Assembly (NCBI GenBank): GCA_036004665.1
Contig: DASYRG010000008.1
Span: 10,240-74,239, forward strand
DNA from: a bacterium
Lineage (GTDB): Bacteria; Sysuimicrobiota; Sysuimicrobiia; Sysuimicrobiales; Humicultoraceae
Length of the DNA: 64,000 nucleotides
Reading direction: 5' to 3'
Translations under genes and position numbers: made by a program
Notes under the pieces: model-generated
What the model was told of the DNA's origin: nothing
The model's input: only the letters and a program-made list of their open reading frames with translations
The model's database searches: none
Shown: positions 55,787 through 64,000 of the stretch, in pieces
Position numbering within the stretch: the stretch's first letter is position 1
Layout of the letters: every line of letters starts with the position of its first letter

Positions 55787-56142
55787 TACTGGCTCATCCG
55801 AAAACGCTTCTGCGGCTGGAGGGCGCCGTGGTCGCTGCAGCGGCGATCATCCTGTACGCGCGCACCGATCAGTCCTGGGTACGCTTTGTCCTGCTCCTGC
55901 TGGCCCCCGACCTGGCGATTATCGGTTACCTTGCTGGCGCGGCCGCCGGCGCCGCCACCTACAACCTGGTGCACACGTACGTGCTGCCGGTCCTCCTCGC
56001 GGGCGCGGGATTCATCGCCAACAGCCCCCTGGTGGTGTCGCTGGCACTCATCTGGGCCACCCACATCGGCGCTGACCGTGCCTTGGGCTTCGGTTTGAAA
56101 TACCCGACCGCGTTCCGGGAGACGCACTTGCAGCACGTATGA
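55783..56142 (+). CDS. DUF4260 family small membrane protein
   Basis: 119 aa, 4 TM helices. HTYVLPVLLAG...ATHIGADRALGFGLKYP matches DUF4260. ATG overlaps the upstream stop. Confidence 0.65.
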   Translation: MILAHPKTLLRLEGAVVAAAAIILYARTDQSWVRFVLLLLAPDLAIIGYLAGAAAGAATYNLVHTYVLPVLLAGAGFIANSPLVVSLALIWATHIGADRALGFGLKYPTAFRETHLQHV

Positions 56143-57305
56143 TGAAGACGCGCGACGGCACCGCACTGCGCACGTGGGCCGAGTACCGCGGCGAATTCCC
56201 CATCTTCGAGACGGCCACCTACCTCAGCACCTGTTCCCTGGCGCCGCTGGCCCGGCGCGTCGAGGCCGCCGTGCACGACTACCTGCGGCTCTGGCATGCG
56301 GTGGGTTCCTCGGCCTGGTACGGACCGTGGTGGGAAGAGATCGCCACCCTGCGCGCCCGGGTCGCGCGCGTCGTTGGAGCGACGACCGACGAAGTGGCGC
56401 TCTTTCCCTCGATCACGGCGGCGCTGAGCGCGGTCGCCTCGGCGCTGGACTACCGCGCCCGGCCGCGGGTGGTCATGAGCGCCCTGGAGTTCCCGACGAC
56501 CCGCTATCAGTGGCAGGTGAAGGGCGGCGTCGAGACTGTGGAGATGGCGTCCCCGGACGGAATGCGCGTCTTCCCCGAACAGTACGAAGCGGCCGTCGAC
56601 GGCCGCACCGCGTTGGTGGTCGGTTCGCACGTCTACTTCACCAGTGGGATCATCCAGGACATCGTCGCCCTCGCGGATATCGCCCACGCTCGGGGCGCGC
56701 TCTGTCTGATCGACGCCTACCAGTCGGTCGGCCAGCTCCCTCTCGAGGTGAGGGCCGCCGGGGTGGACTTCCTCGTAGGAGGCGCGCTGAAGTGGCTGCT
56801 GGGCGGATCGGGGCTAGCCTTCCTGTACGTGCGAGGCGACCTGCTGCCTCGTCTCCGGCCGGAGGTGGTGGGCTGGTTCGCCCACCGCGACCAGTTCGCC
56901 TTTGCGCCCGAGTTCGAGTACGCGGAGGACGCTCGCCGTTTTGAGGGCGGGACGCCGTCTGTGGCGGCTGTCTACGCGGCCAGCGCGGGGCTGGCCCTGG
57001 TGGAGGAGATCGGCCCCGAACGCCTCCGCGCCCGGCAGCTGGCATTGACCGCGGATCTGGTCGAGCGGGCACGAGAAGCCGGCCTGGCCCCACGCGTCCC
57101 CGCCGATCTCACGCATCACGCCGGGATCGTGACGATCCCCCGACGCGATCCCCCGGCCGCGGTACAGGGCCTGCGGGAAGCCGGCGTGATCGTCGATGCC
57201 CGTCCCGGCGTCGTGCGCGTGTCCCCGTACTTCTACAACACCCCAGAGGACCATCAGCGCGCGATCGACGCGATGACCGCTCTGTCCCGCCGCGGCGTTG
57301 ACTGA
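56139..57305 (+). CDS. class V aminotransferase-fold PLP enzyme (kynureninase/cysteine desulfurase-like)
   Basis: [15 protein letters not shown]...[13 protein letters not shown] (PLP Lys in ALKWL) and C-terminal small domain. Start overlaps the upstream stop (ATGA). Confidence 0.75.
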   Translation: MMKTRDGTALRTWAEYRGEFPIFETATYLSTCSLAPLARRVEAAVHDYLRLWHAVGSSAWYGPWWEEIATLRARVARVVGATTDEVALFPSITAALSAVASALDYRARPRVVMSALEFPTTRYQWQVKGGVETVEMASPDGMRVFPEQYEAAVDGRTALVVGSHVYFTSGIIQDIVALADIAHARGALCLIDAYQSVGQLPLEVRAAGVDFLVGGALKWLLGGSGLAFLYVRGDLLPRLRPEVVGWFAHRDQFAFAPEFEYAEDARRFEGGTPSVAAVYAASAGLALVEEIGPERLRARQLALTADLVERAREAGLAPRVPADLTHHAGIVTIPRRDPPAAVQGLREAGVIVDARPGVVRVSPYFYNTPEDHQRAIDAMTALSRRGVD

Positions 57306-57310
57306 CCGCC

Positions 57311-57769
57311 GTGCGCCTGCTCATCCAACGGGTCTCCCGCGCCGCCGTCCGCATCGACGGCGCCGTGGTCGGTGAGATCGGTCCCGGGCTGGCCGTCCTG
57401 GTAGGCGTCCGCGCGTCGGATACCACAGCCGAGGCGGAGTGGCTGGCGGAGAAAGTCGCCAACCTACGGATATTTGGCGATGAAGCGGGGAAGATGAATC
57501 GTTCCTTGCTGGATGTGAGCGGGGCGGTTCTCAGCGTCTCGCAGTTCACCCTCTATGCCGATACAAGCGGCGGGCGCCGTCCTTCCTTTATCGAGGCGGC
57601 CACGGGCGCCGAGGCAGAGGGAGTCTATGAGGCCTTCAATGCAGCCCTGCGCGTTCGCGGTCTCAGCGTGACGACCGGCCGGTTCGGCGCGGTCATGGAG
57701 GTGGAGATCCGCAACACAGGCCCAGTGACGATCTTGCTGGAGCGCGAACGGAGCGAGGCCCGGGACTGA
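57311..57769 (+). CDS. dtd: D-aminoacyl-tRNA deacylase
   Basis: [33 protein letters not shown]...[17 protein letters not shown]...[10 protein letters not shown] is canonical Dtd including the SQFTL and NxGPxT motifs. Confidence 0.9.
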   Translation: MRLLIQRVSRAAVRIDGAVVGEIGPGLAVLVGVRASDTTAEAEWLAEKVANLRIFGDEAGKMNRSLLDVSGAVLSVSQFTLYADTSGGRRPSFIEAATGAEAEGVYEAFNAALRVRGLSVTTGRFGAVMEVEIRNTGPVTILLERERSEARD

Positions 57770-57782
57770 CCTCTGTCCGCGG

Positions 57783-58481
57783 TCAGCGCGCCACGGCGTC
57801 CGGGCTGAGGACCGCGGCGACCTCTTCCAGGTCCTTCACCGTGTCCACCCCGCGCCAGAAGGCGCGCGAGCGGTAGGCGGCGAGACGTCCTTCGGCGGCG
57901 AGGCGGGGGAAGGTTGTCACCTCGTGATCGCCGCGCTCGGGCAGCAGCGGAAGGATGCTCCGGGAGAGCAGGTAGATCCCCGCGTTGATCCAATACGGGA
58001 GCTCCGGTTTCTCCCGGAACCCCCGTACCCGGTTGGCTTCATCCACGTCGACGATCCCATACGGACTGCGGAAGGGCGTCACCACCACCGTCGCGCTCGC
58101 ACCTTCCTGGCGGTGCTGGTCCAGCACCGGGGCGAGAGGCAAGTCGGTGACGATGTCTCCGTTGGTGGCCACGCAGACCCCGATGGTGGGGCTGAGGGCG
58201 CTGAAGGCCCGGCGCAGCGCTCCGCCGCGTCCCAGCGGCTCCTCTTCAATCGAGTAGCTGATGCCCAGATCCCAGGAGGCGCCGTCGCCAAAGTAGTCAC
58301 GCAGCGCTTCGTGGCGATAGCCGCAGGCGATGACCACCTGGTCGACCCCCTGCTCGCGCAGCCACCGCAGCTGGTAGGCCAGCAGCGGGACGCCGTGAAC
58401 TTCGACCATGGCTTTGGGCCGATCGACCGTGAAAGGACGGAGGCGCTCGCCTTTGCCCCCCGCCAGCACAATCGCCTGCAT
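57783..58481 (-). CDS. sugar-phosphate nucleotidyltransferase (GlmU/RmlA N-domain-like)
   Basis: MQAIVLAGGKGERLRPFTVDRPKAMVEV is the G-x-G-x-R-L nucleotidyltransferase signature. ATG is revcomp 58479-58481; an upstream ATG at 58526 is an alternative. The N-terminal 219 aa of the track ORF are discarded. Confidence 0.7.
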   Translation of the reverse strand: MQAIVLAGGKGERLRPFTVDRPKAMVEVHGVPLLAYQLRWLREQGVDQVVIACGYRHEALRDYFGDGASWDLGISYSIEEEPLGRGGALRRAFSALSPTIGVCVATNGDIVTDLPLAPVLDQHRQEGASATVVVTPFRSPYGIVDVDEANRVRGFREKPELPYWINAGIYLLSRSILPLLPERGDHEVTTFPRLAAEGRLAAYRSRAFWRGVDTVKDLEEVAAVLSPDAVAR

Positions 58482-58640
58482 CTCGGGAGGGGTATTTCCC
58501 GAATCCGCGGGGGTCTCCTTGCCCATGTCCGCGGCCGGTCCTGGGAAGAAGGACCCCGTCGGCAGATCCGCCTGGACCGGCCGTGCTGACCCGACCGAGC
58601 CGAGGGGTGCTAGATTTGGCCACGAGGGGAGGGAGAGGGG

Positions 58641-59441
58641 ATGAGAAAGCGACCGCACCGGCTCGACGCTGTGGTGCTGGCGGGTGGAGTCAACGAGATT
58701 CCTCTCTATGACGGCTACCGTCCTGGATACAAGGCGTTGGTGGAAATTGGCGGTCGGCCATGCATTCGCTACGTGCTCGACGCCCTTCGTGCCTCCTCGT
58801 CCGTCGGCGAGATCTGCGTGGTGGGCGCCGAGGAAGTCCTGGCCCCCGCGGTAGGCGATCGGGCGGTGACCTACCGGCCGGCCGACGACAACCCCCTGGG
58901 GAGCTTCCTGACCGGACTGCGAGTCTTCCAGAGCAGCCAAGAGGTCCTGGTGACGGCGGCCGACCTGCCTCTCCTCACGGGGCCGATCGTCGATGCGTTC
59001 ATCGATGCCTGCGGCGCCGCCCCAACGGGACGTCCGGAGAACCTGTACATCTCGGTGGTCCGCCGAGAGGACTTCATCGGGCCCTTCGCCCGCACACACA
59101 AGGCGATCAACCGCTTCCGCGACGGGGTCTATGGGCACGGTAATCTGGCACTCGCCGATCCACGCATCCTGCGGAACGCGGCAGCGATGGAGCGGATCAA
59201 CGCCATGTACGCTGCGCGTAAGAGTGAGCTACGCTCCGCCCTCGCTCTGGGCCTGTCCGTCGGGCTGGCCTACGTCATCGGCGTGCACTTCCTCCACCTC
59301 TTGACGCTGCGCCAGATGGCGGCCATCGCCTCACGACGCTTCGGGATCGGTCTCGTGCCGGTGACGCTGCCCCATCCCGAGGTGGCCGTCGACGTCGACG
59401 AGCCCGAGGACTTTGAGGTCGCCTCCGAACTGCTGGCTTGA
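58641..59441 (+). CDS. MobA-like NTP-transferase family protein (NTP_transf_3)
   Basis: AVVLAGGVNEIPLYDGYRPGYKALVEIGGRPCIRYVLDAL is a glycosyltransferase-A-like nucleotidyltransferase fold. GGGAGGGAGAGGGG Shine-Dalgarno upstream. Confidence 0.65.
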   Translation: MRKRPHRLDAVVLAGGVNEIPLYDGYRPGYKALVEIGGRPCIRYVLDALRASSSVGEICVVGAEEVLAPAVGDRAVTYRPADDNPLGSFLTGLRVFQSSQEVLVTAADLPLLTGPIVDAFIDACGAAPTGRPENLYISVVRREDFIGPFARTHKAINRFRDGVYGHGNLALADPRILRNAAAMERINAMYAARKSELRSALALGLSVGLAYVIGVHFLHLLTLRQMAAIASRRFGIGLVPVTLPHPEVAVDVDEPEDFEVASELLA

Positions 59442-59467
59442 CCGTCCCCGCGAGCGGCTCCTACAAT
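59438..59467 (+). promoter_or_regulatory. sigma-A promoter TTGACC-18-TACAAT for the T-box leader
   Basis: TTGACC at 59438-59443 overlaps the stop of the upstream gene. TACAAT at 59462-59467. Confidence 0.4.
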
Positions 59468-59469
59468 CA

Positions 59470-59720
59470 GGACAACCTGCGATGACGGGCAGGAGTAGGA
59501 GGCGATCCTCGCAGCGAGGGATGCCGGCCCGGCCGTGGTGGAGAGCATCTCCAGGCCCTCGCCTCCGAAGACAGCCCTGAGCGGTGGGCGTGCTCCCGCC
59601 CGCCGGCCCTCATCCCGTGACGATGAGCAAGCGCCGCCCCCGGTCACCGTGTGACCCCGGGCGGAAGCAGGGTGGTACCACGGGCACGCTCCCGTCCCTG
59701 GAGGACGGGAGCGTTTTCCA
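59470..59720 (+). promoter_or_regulatory. T-box riboswitch leader (presumed tRNA-His responsive) with intrinsic terminator
   Basis: Conserved T-box sequence AGGGTGGTACCACGG at 59668-59682. Terminator CGCTCCCGTCC-ctgga-GGACGGGAGCG at 59687-59713 followed by TTTTCC. Located upstream of hisS. Confidence 0.75.
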
Positions 59721-59761
59721 TTCTCGCCGCGCCCGGCAGGGCGCCCGGGCGGAGGAACCTG

Positions 59762-61093
59762 ATGCAGCGACGGATTGAACCGCGACTCCCCAAGGGGATG
59801 CGCGACCTGCTCCCCGAGGAGATGATCCGGCGCCGTCACGTCGTGGACCGCGTGCGTGAGGTCTTCGAGGCATTCGGCTTCGGTCCGCTGGAGACGCCGG
59901 CGCTGGAGCGCGAGGAGACGCTGCTCGGCAAGTACGGCGCCGAGGCGGAGAGGTTGATGTACTCGGCCCGGCACGCGGAGGGCAAGGACCGCCTGGCGCT
60001 GCGCTACGATCTCTCGGTTCCGCTGGCGCGCGTGGTCGCGGCGCACCAGGATCTGCCGAAACCGTTCAAGCGGTACCAGATCGCGCCGGTCTGGCGCGCG
60101 GAGCGGCCGCAGAAAGGACGCTACCGCGAATTCTACCAGTGCGACGTGGACACCGTGGGCGCTCCCGGCATGCTGGCCGACGCGGAGATCGTCCAGGTCG
60201 TCTACGAGGTGCTGACCCGGTTGGGGTTCTCCGAATTCACCATCCGGCTGAACAACCGGAAGATCCTCAACGGCATTGGGCAGATCGCAGGCGTGCCGGC
60301 CGATCTCCTGCCAGGCCTCTACCGCTCGATCGACAAGCTCGAGCGCATTGGTCTCGAGGGCGTGCAACAGGAACTGGAGAGCAACCGCATCGCTGGCGAC
60401 GCCGTTGGACGGCTGATGACCCTGCTCCAGGTCAGCGGCGAGAGCCATCAGGTCCTCGGGCAACTGCGAGACCATCTGGGCCGGTCGGTCGAGGCGGGGG
60501 AGGGGATCGGTGAGCTCGAGGAGATCCTCAGCCTCCTCGACGCCATGGGGGTGGCGCGGGATCGCGTGCGCGTGGACTTCGCGATGGTGCGGGGGCTGGA
60601 ATACTATACCGGGCCCATTTACGAGACGGTCGTGGAGCGTCCCCGCATCGGCAGTCTCACCGGCGGAGGTCGCTACGACAGACTGATCGGTCTCTTCACG
60701 GGCCGCGACCTGCCCGCCACCGGGACGTCGCTGGGGATCGAGCGGATCATCGACGTGATGGAGGAGAGGAACATGCTCCCCGCCGGCGTAAGACGGACGG
60801 TCACCCAGGCGCTCGTCACCGTCTTTGACGCCGCCCTTCTTCCGGCGTCGCTGGGGCTGGCGGGCCGGCTGCGCCAGGCCGGCGTGAACACCGAGGTCTT
60901 CCTGGAACGTCGGCCCCTCTCCGACCAGATCCGCTATGCGGATAGGACGGGCATCCCCGTGGCGATTTTTCTCGGTCCGGAAGAGGACCGAGCCGGCCAG
61001 GTCACGCTGCGCCACCTGAGAACCGGGCAGGAGCGAGCCGTGCCGGCCGAACAGGCCGCGGCGGCTGTGCGCGCATGGGTCGAGGAGGTCTGA
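59762..61093 (+). CDS. hisS: histidyl-tRNA synthetase
   Basis: PKGMRDLLPEE, class II motif 2 with YQIAPVWRAERPQKGRYREFYQCDVD, GGRYD motif 3. GGAGGAA Shine-Dalgarno upstream. The 5' part of the track ORF lies in the leader. Confidence 0.9.
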   Translation: MQRRIEPRLPKGMRDLLPEEMIRRRHVVDRVREVFEAFGFGPLETPALEREETLLGKYGAEAERLMYSARHAEGKDRLALRYDLSVPLARVVAAHQDLPKPFKRYQIAPVWRAERPQKGRYREFYQCDVDTVGAPGMLADAEIVQVVYEVLTRLGFSEFTIRLNNRKILNGIGQIAGVPADLLPGLYRSIDKLERIGLEGVQQELESNRIAGDAVGRLMTLLQVSGESHQVLGQLRDHLGRSVEAGEGIGELEEILSLLDAMGVARDRVRVDFAMVRGLEYYTGPIYETVVERPRIGSLTGGGRYDRLIGLFTGRDLPATGTSLGIERIIDVMEERNMLPAGVRRTVTQALVTVFDAALLPASLGLAGRLRQAGVNTEVFLERRPLSDQIRYADRTGIPVAIFLGPEEDRAGQVTLRHLRTGQERAVPAEQAAAAVRAWVEEV

Positions 61094-62397
61094 TGGCGCT
61101 CGGCGGCATGCAGCGCCGCCTCTCCGCGCAGCCCCGGACGCTGGCAGCCGCGGTCCGACCGGAGCAGCCGGAGGTACACTTGGCCGGGTCCGTGCACACG
61201 GTCCGCACCCTGGGCGGTGTGGCGTTCCTGATCCTGCGTGATCGCTCCGGCATGATCCAGGTCGTGGCGCCGGGCGACCTCGACGTCCCGCGCGAAGCGG
61301 TCGTCGAGATCACCGGGACCGCGCGGAGCGAGGGGCGGGCGCCCGGAGGCGTGGAAGTGGCAGCGACGGAGATCACGGTGATCTCGCGGCCTGCTGGGCG
61401 ATTGCCGTTCGACGTCAGCAAACCGGTGTTGCATGCCGAGCTGGATACGGCATTGGACCACAGGGCGCTCAGCCTGCGCCACCCCCGGACGGGGGCGATC
61501 TTTCGGGTCGCCTCCGCGCTCACCGGCGGATTTCGCCGTGCGCTCGCTGACGAGGGGTTCATGGAGATTCACACCAGCAAACTGGTCGGGAGCGCCACGG
61601 AGGGTGGCGCCGGGCTTTTTCGCGTGGACTATCCCGACCGCGCCGCCTACCTGGCACAGAGCCCTCAACTGTACAAACAGATCTGCGTCGGCGCCTTCGA
61701 GCGCGTCTTTGAGATCGGTCCCGTCTTCCGCAACGAGCCGCATGCGACCACGCGCCATCTCAACGAGTACACCAGCCTCGACGTGGAAGCCGCCTATCTG
61801 GACCTGGACGGCCTGCTCGATCTGGAGACACGGGTGCTGGCGGCGATGCTGGAGGAGGTGGCCAGATCGGCCGCGCTCGCACTCGATCAGTTGGGAGTCC
61901 GCCCTCCGGCGATCGGCCGCATCCCGCGCCTCCGCCTCGACGAGGCGAAAGCGCGACTCGCCTCCCGGGGAAAGACCTACGCCCCGGAGGAAGATCTCAA
62001 CCCGGCGGGGGAGCGCCTCCTCGGCGAGATGCTGGGGGAGGAAGGCCAGGAGTTCGTCTTCGTCTCCCACTACCCCGCGGCGGCGCGACCGTTCTACGCG
62101 GCGCCCGATCCGGACGATCGGTCGCTCACCCTTTCGTTCGACCTGCTGTTCCGAGGCGTCGAGGTCACCACGGGTGGTATGCGCATTCACGACCTGGCGC
62201 AGCTCCGCGAGAACATGGAGCGCTTCGGGCTCGACCCCACGGCCTTCGCCGGGTATCTGGAGGCGTTTGCCTGCGCGATGCCTCCGCACGGCGGGTTCGC
62301 CATCGGCCTGGAACGGCTGACTGCTCAACTCGTGGGCGCGCCGAACCTGCGGTGGGCCGCTCTCTTCCCGCGAGACCGGCGCCGGCTGGAACCCTGA
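61093..62397 (+). CDS. aspS: archaeal-type aspartyl-tRNA synthetase (AspRS2, likely non-discriminating)
   Basis: 435 aa class IIb enzyme. FRNEPHATTRHLNEYTSLDVEAAY and PPHGGFAIGLERL resemble archaeal-type AspRS rather than AsnRS. ATG overlaps the hisS stop (TGATG) and has GAGGAGG upstream. Confidence 0.75.
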   Translation: MALGGMQRRLSAQPRTLAAAVRPEQPEVHLAGSVHTVRTLGGVAFLILRDRSGMIQVVAPGDLDVPREAVVEITGTARSEGRAPGGVEVAATEITVISRPAGRLPFDVSKPVLHAELDTALDHRALSLRHPRTGAIFRVASALTGGFRRALADEGFMEIHTSKLVGSATEGGAGLFRVDYPDRAAYLAQSPQLYKQICVGAFERVFEIGPVFRNEPHATTRHLNEYTSLDVEAAYLDLDGLLDLETRVLAAMLEEVARSAALALDQLGVRPPAIGRIPRLRLDEAKARLASRGKTYAPEEDLNPAGERLLGEMLGEEGQEFVFVSHYPAAARPFYAAPDPDDRSLTLSFDLLFRGVEVTTGGMRIHDLAQLRENMERFGLDPTAFAGYLEAFACAMPPHGGFAIGLERLTAQLVGAPNLRWAALFPRDRRRLEP

Positions 62398-64000
62398 TGA
62401 GGCCCTTCCGCACCGACGGTTGCGGCGCCCTCCGCCCCGGTGATGCCGGTCGCCAGGTCCGCCTGGCCGGGTGGGTCCACCGCCGCCGGGACCTCGGGGG
62501 CGTGATCTTCATCGATCTCCGCGACCGGGAGGGGATCGTCCAGGTCGTCGTCCAGCCACAGACGGCCGAGGCGTATCGCCAGGCCGAGGGCGTGCGCGGG
62601 GAGTTTGTCCTGGCGGTGGAAGGCGAGGTGCGGGCCCGCCCGGCCGGCACCGAGAATCCCCGCCTGGCCACAGGAGCGGTGGAGGTGCGGGCGGAGCGCG
62701 TCACCGTCCTGGCGAGCGCCGATACGCCACCGTTCCCGCTGACCGAAGAGCAGGCGGTCGACGAGGCGTTACGGTTGCGCTACCGCTACCTCGATCTCCG
62801 CCGCCCCGCGATGACCGCCAATCTCCGCCTGCGCCACCGCCTGGCCATGGCCGTCCGCCGCGCCTTTGACGCGCGCGGGTTCGTGGAGATCGAAACGCCC
62901 ATGCTGATCAAATCGACCCCCGAGGGGGCACGCGACTTCCTCGTGCCGAGCCGCCTCCAGCCGGGGCACTTCTACGTCCTGCCGCAGTCGCCGCAGCTGT
63001 TCAAGCAGATCCTGATGGTGGCAGGCCAAGACCGGTACTTTCAGATCGTCCGGTGCTTTCGCGACGAGGACCTGCGCGCCGACCGCCAACCCGAGTTCAC
63101 GCAGGTTGACGTCGAGCTCTCGTTCACCGACGAAGAGGAAGTCATGGAGATCACCGAGGCCGCGCTCGCCGACGCCGTCGCCGACGCCGCCGGCGTCACG
63201 CTGCCCCGCCCCTTCCCCCGCCTCACCTATGCCCAGGCGATCGCGCGCTACGGCATCGACAAGCCGGACCTGCGGGTGGACCTCCCCATCGGGGACGTCA
63301 CCGACGTCGCGGGTGGGGCCGACGGTCCCGCGCTGTTTCACGAGGCCGTGGTCTCGGGCGGCGTGGTGCGTGGGCTGGCGGTTCCGGATGCGGCGGGCCT
63401 CTCGCGCAAACAGGTCGACCGGCTGACGGACCTCGCCCGCCAGGGTGGCGCGCGGGGCCTGGCCACCCTGGCGATCACGCCGGAGGGACCTGCCGGCACC
63501 CTGGGCCGCCAGGTGGGCGCCGACCTGGCGCGGCGGCTCGCTGAGCGCCTCGGCGGACGGTCCGGCGACCTGCTCCTCTTCTGCTGGGGCCACGAGCCGC
63601 AGGTGGCCTCGGCGCTGGGGCGAGTGCGGACCGCCGTGGCCGAGGAGCTGCGTCTGGTCCCGGCGGACCGCCTGGCGCCTTGCTGGGTTACGGAGTTTCC
63701 CCTCCTCGAAGCCAGTGAAGAGGGTGGGCTCACGGCCGTGCATCATCCGTTCACATCGCCCCAGGATGCCGACCGCCCGCTGTTGCAGACCGAGCCGCTG
63801 GCTGTGCGGGCGCGCGCCTATGATCTCGTGGTGAACGGTGTGGAGGTGGGGGGAGGGAGTATCCGCATCTCCGACCCGCAGCTGCAGCGCGAGGTCTTCA
63901 GGCTGATCGGCCTCTCCGAGGCCCAGGCGCAGGAGCGCTTCGGATTCCTGCTCGAGGCCTTCCGCTACGGCGTACCGCCCCACGGCGGCATCGCCCTCGG
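62397..64000 (+). CDS. aspS: bacterial-type aspartyl-tRNA synthetase (3' end outside window)
   Basis: Translated by hand from ATG 62397: MRPFRTDGCGALRPGDAGRQVRLAGWVHRRRDLGGVIFIDLRDREGIVQVV...FYVLPQSPQLFKQILMVAGQDRYFQIVRCFRDEDLRADRQPEFTQVDVE is canonical bacterial AspRS. Absent from the ORF track because it has no stop in the window. Confidence 0.85.
   Translation, partial: MRPFRTDGCGALRPGDAGRQVRLAGWVHRRRDLGGVIFIDLRDREGIVQVVVQPQTAEAYRQAEGVRGEFVLAVEGEVRARPAGTENPRLATGAVEVRAERVTVLASADTPPFPLTEEQAVDEALRLRYRYLDLRRPAMTANLRLRHRLAMAVRRAFDARGFVEIETPMLIKSTPEGARDFLVPSRLQPGHFYVLPQSPQLFKQILMVAGQDRYFQIVRCFRDEDLRADRQPEFTQVDVELSFTDEEEVMEITEAALADAVADAAGVTLPRPFPRLTYAQAIARYGIDKPDLRVDLPIGDVTDVAGGADGPALFHEAVVSGGVVRGLAVPDAAGLSRKQVDRLTDLARQGGARGLATLAITPEGPAGTLGRQVGADLARRLAERLGGRSGDLLLFCWGHEPQVASALGRVRTAVAEELRLVPADRLAPCWVTEFPLLEASEEGGLTAVHHPFTSPQDADRPLLQTEPLAVRARAYDLVVNGVEVGGGSIRISDPQLQREVFRLIGLSEAQAQERFGFLLEAFRYGVPPHGGIAL

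Overview
About 70% GC chromosomal segment with Firmicutes/Clostridia-like gene order (Thermaerobacter/Symbiobacterium-like style). Coding density is high and almost everything is on the + strand. Because of the GC content, most long minus-strand ORFs in the track are antisense artefacts. Core blocks: TPP riboswitch-thiT-TPK; hslO; rpmB; recG-rsmD-coaD-(hyp)-yceD-rpmF-plsX-fabH-fabD-fabG-acpP-fabF-rnc; secD-secF-lapA-like-recJ; rel ... dtd; T-box-hisS-aspS2-aspS. Accessory content: a paaABCD cluster with a DinB-family gene inserted; a large signalling block (CBS-GGDEF, membrane PAS protein, three paralogous hybrid histidine kinases, REC, REC-HD-GYP, a REC-MshEN-pseudo-ATPase, two PilT ATPases); a LexA-box-controlled three-gene operon encoding a SulA/ImuA-like protein, an orphan protein and an intein-containing, exonuclease-dead archaeal-type family B DNA polymerase; a RecJ fused to a HIRAN domain and a catalytically degenerate RecQ-like helicase module. 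The best candidate for undescribed biology is the SOS-box / ImuA-like / PolB(intein) operon, followed by the REC-MshEN-pseudo-GspE regulator upstream of pilT/pilT and the RecJ-HIRAN-pseudoRecQ fusion. All calls come from reading the translations and motifs by eye; no database searches were run.
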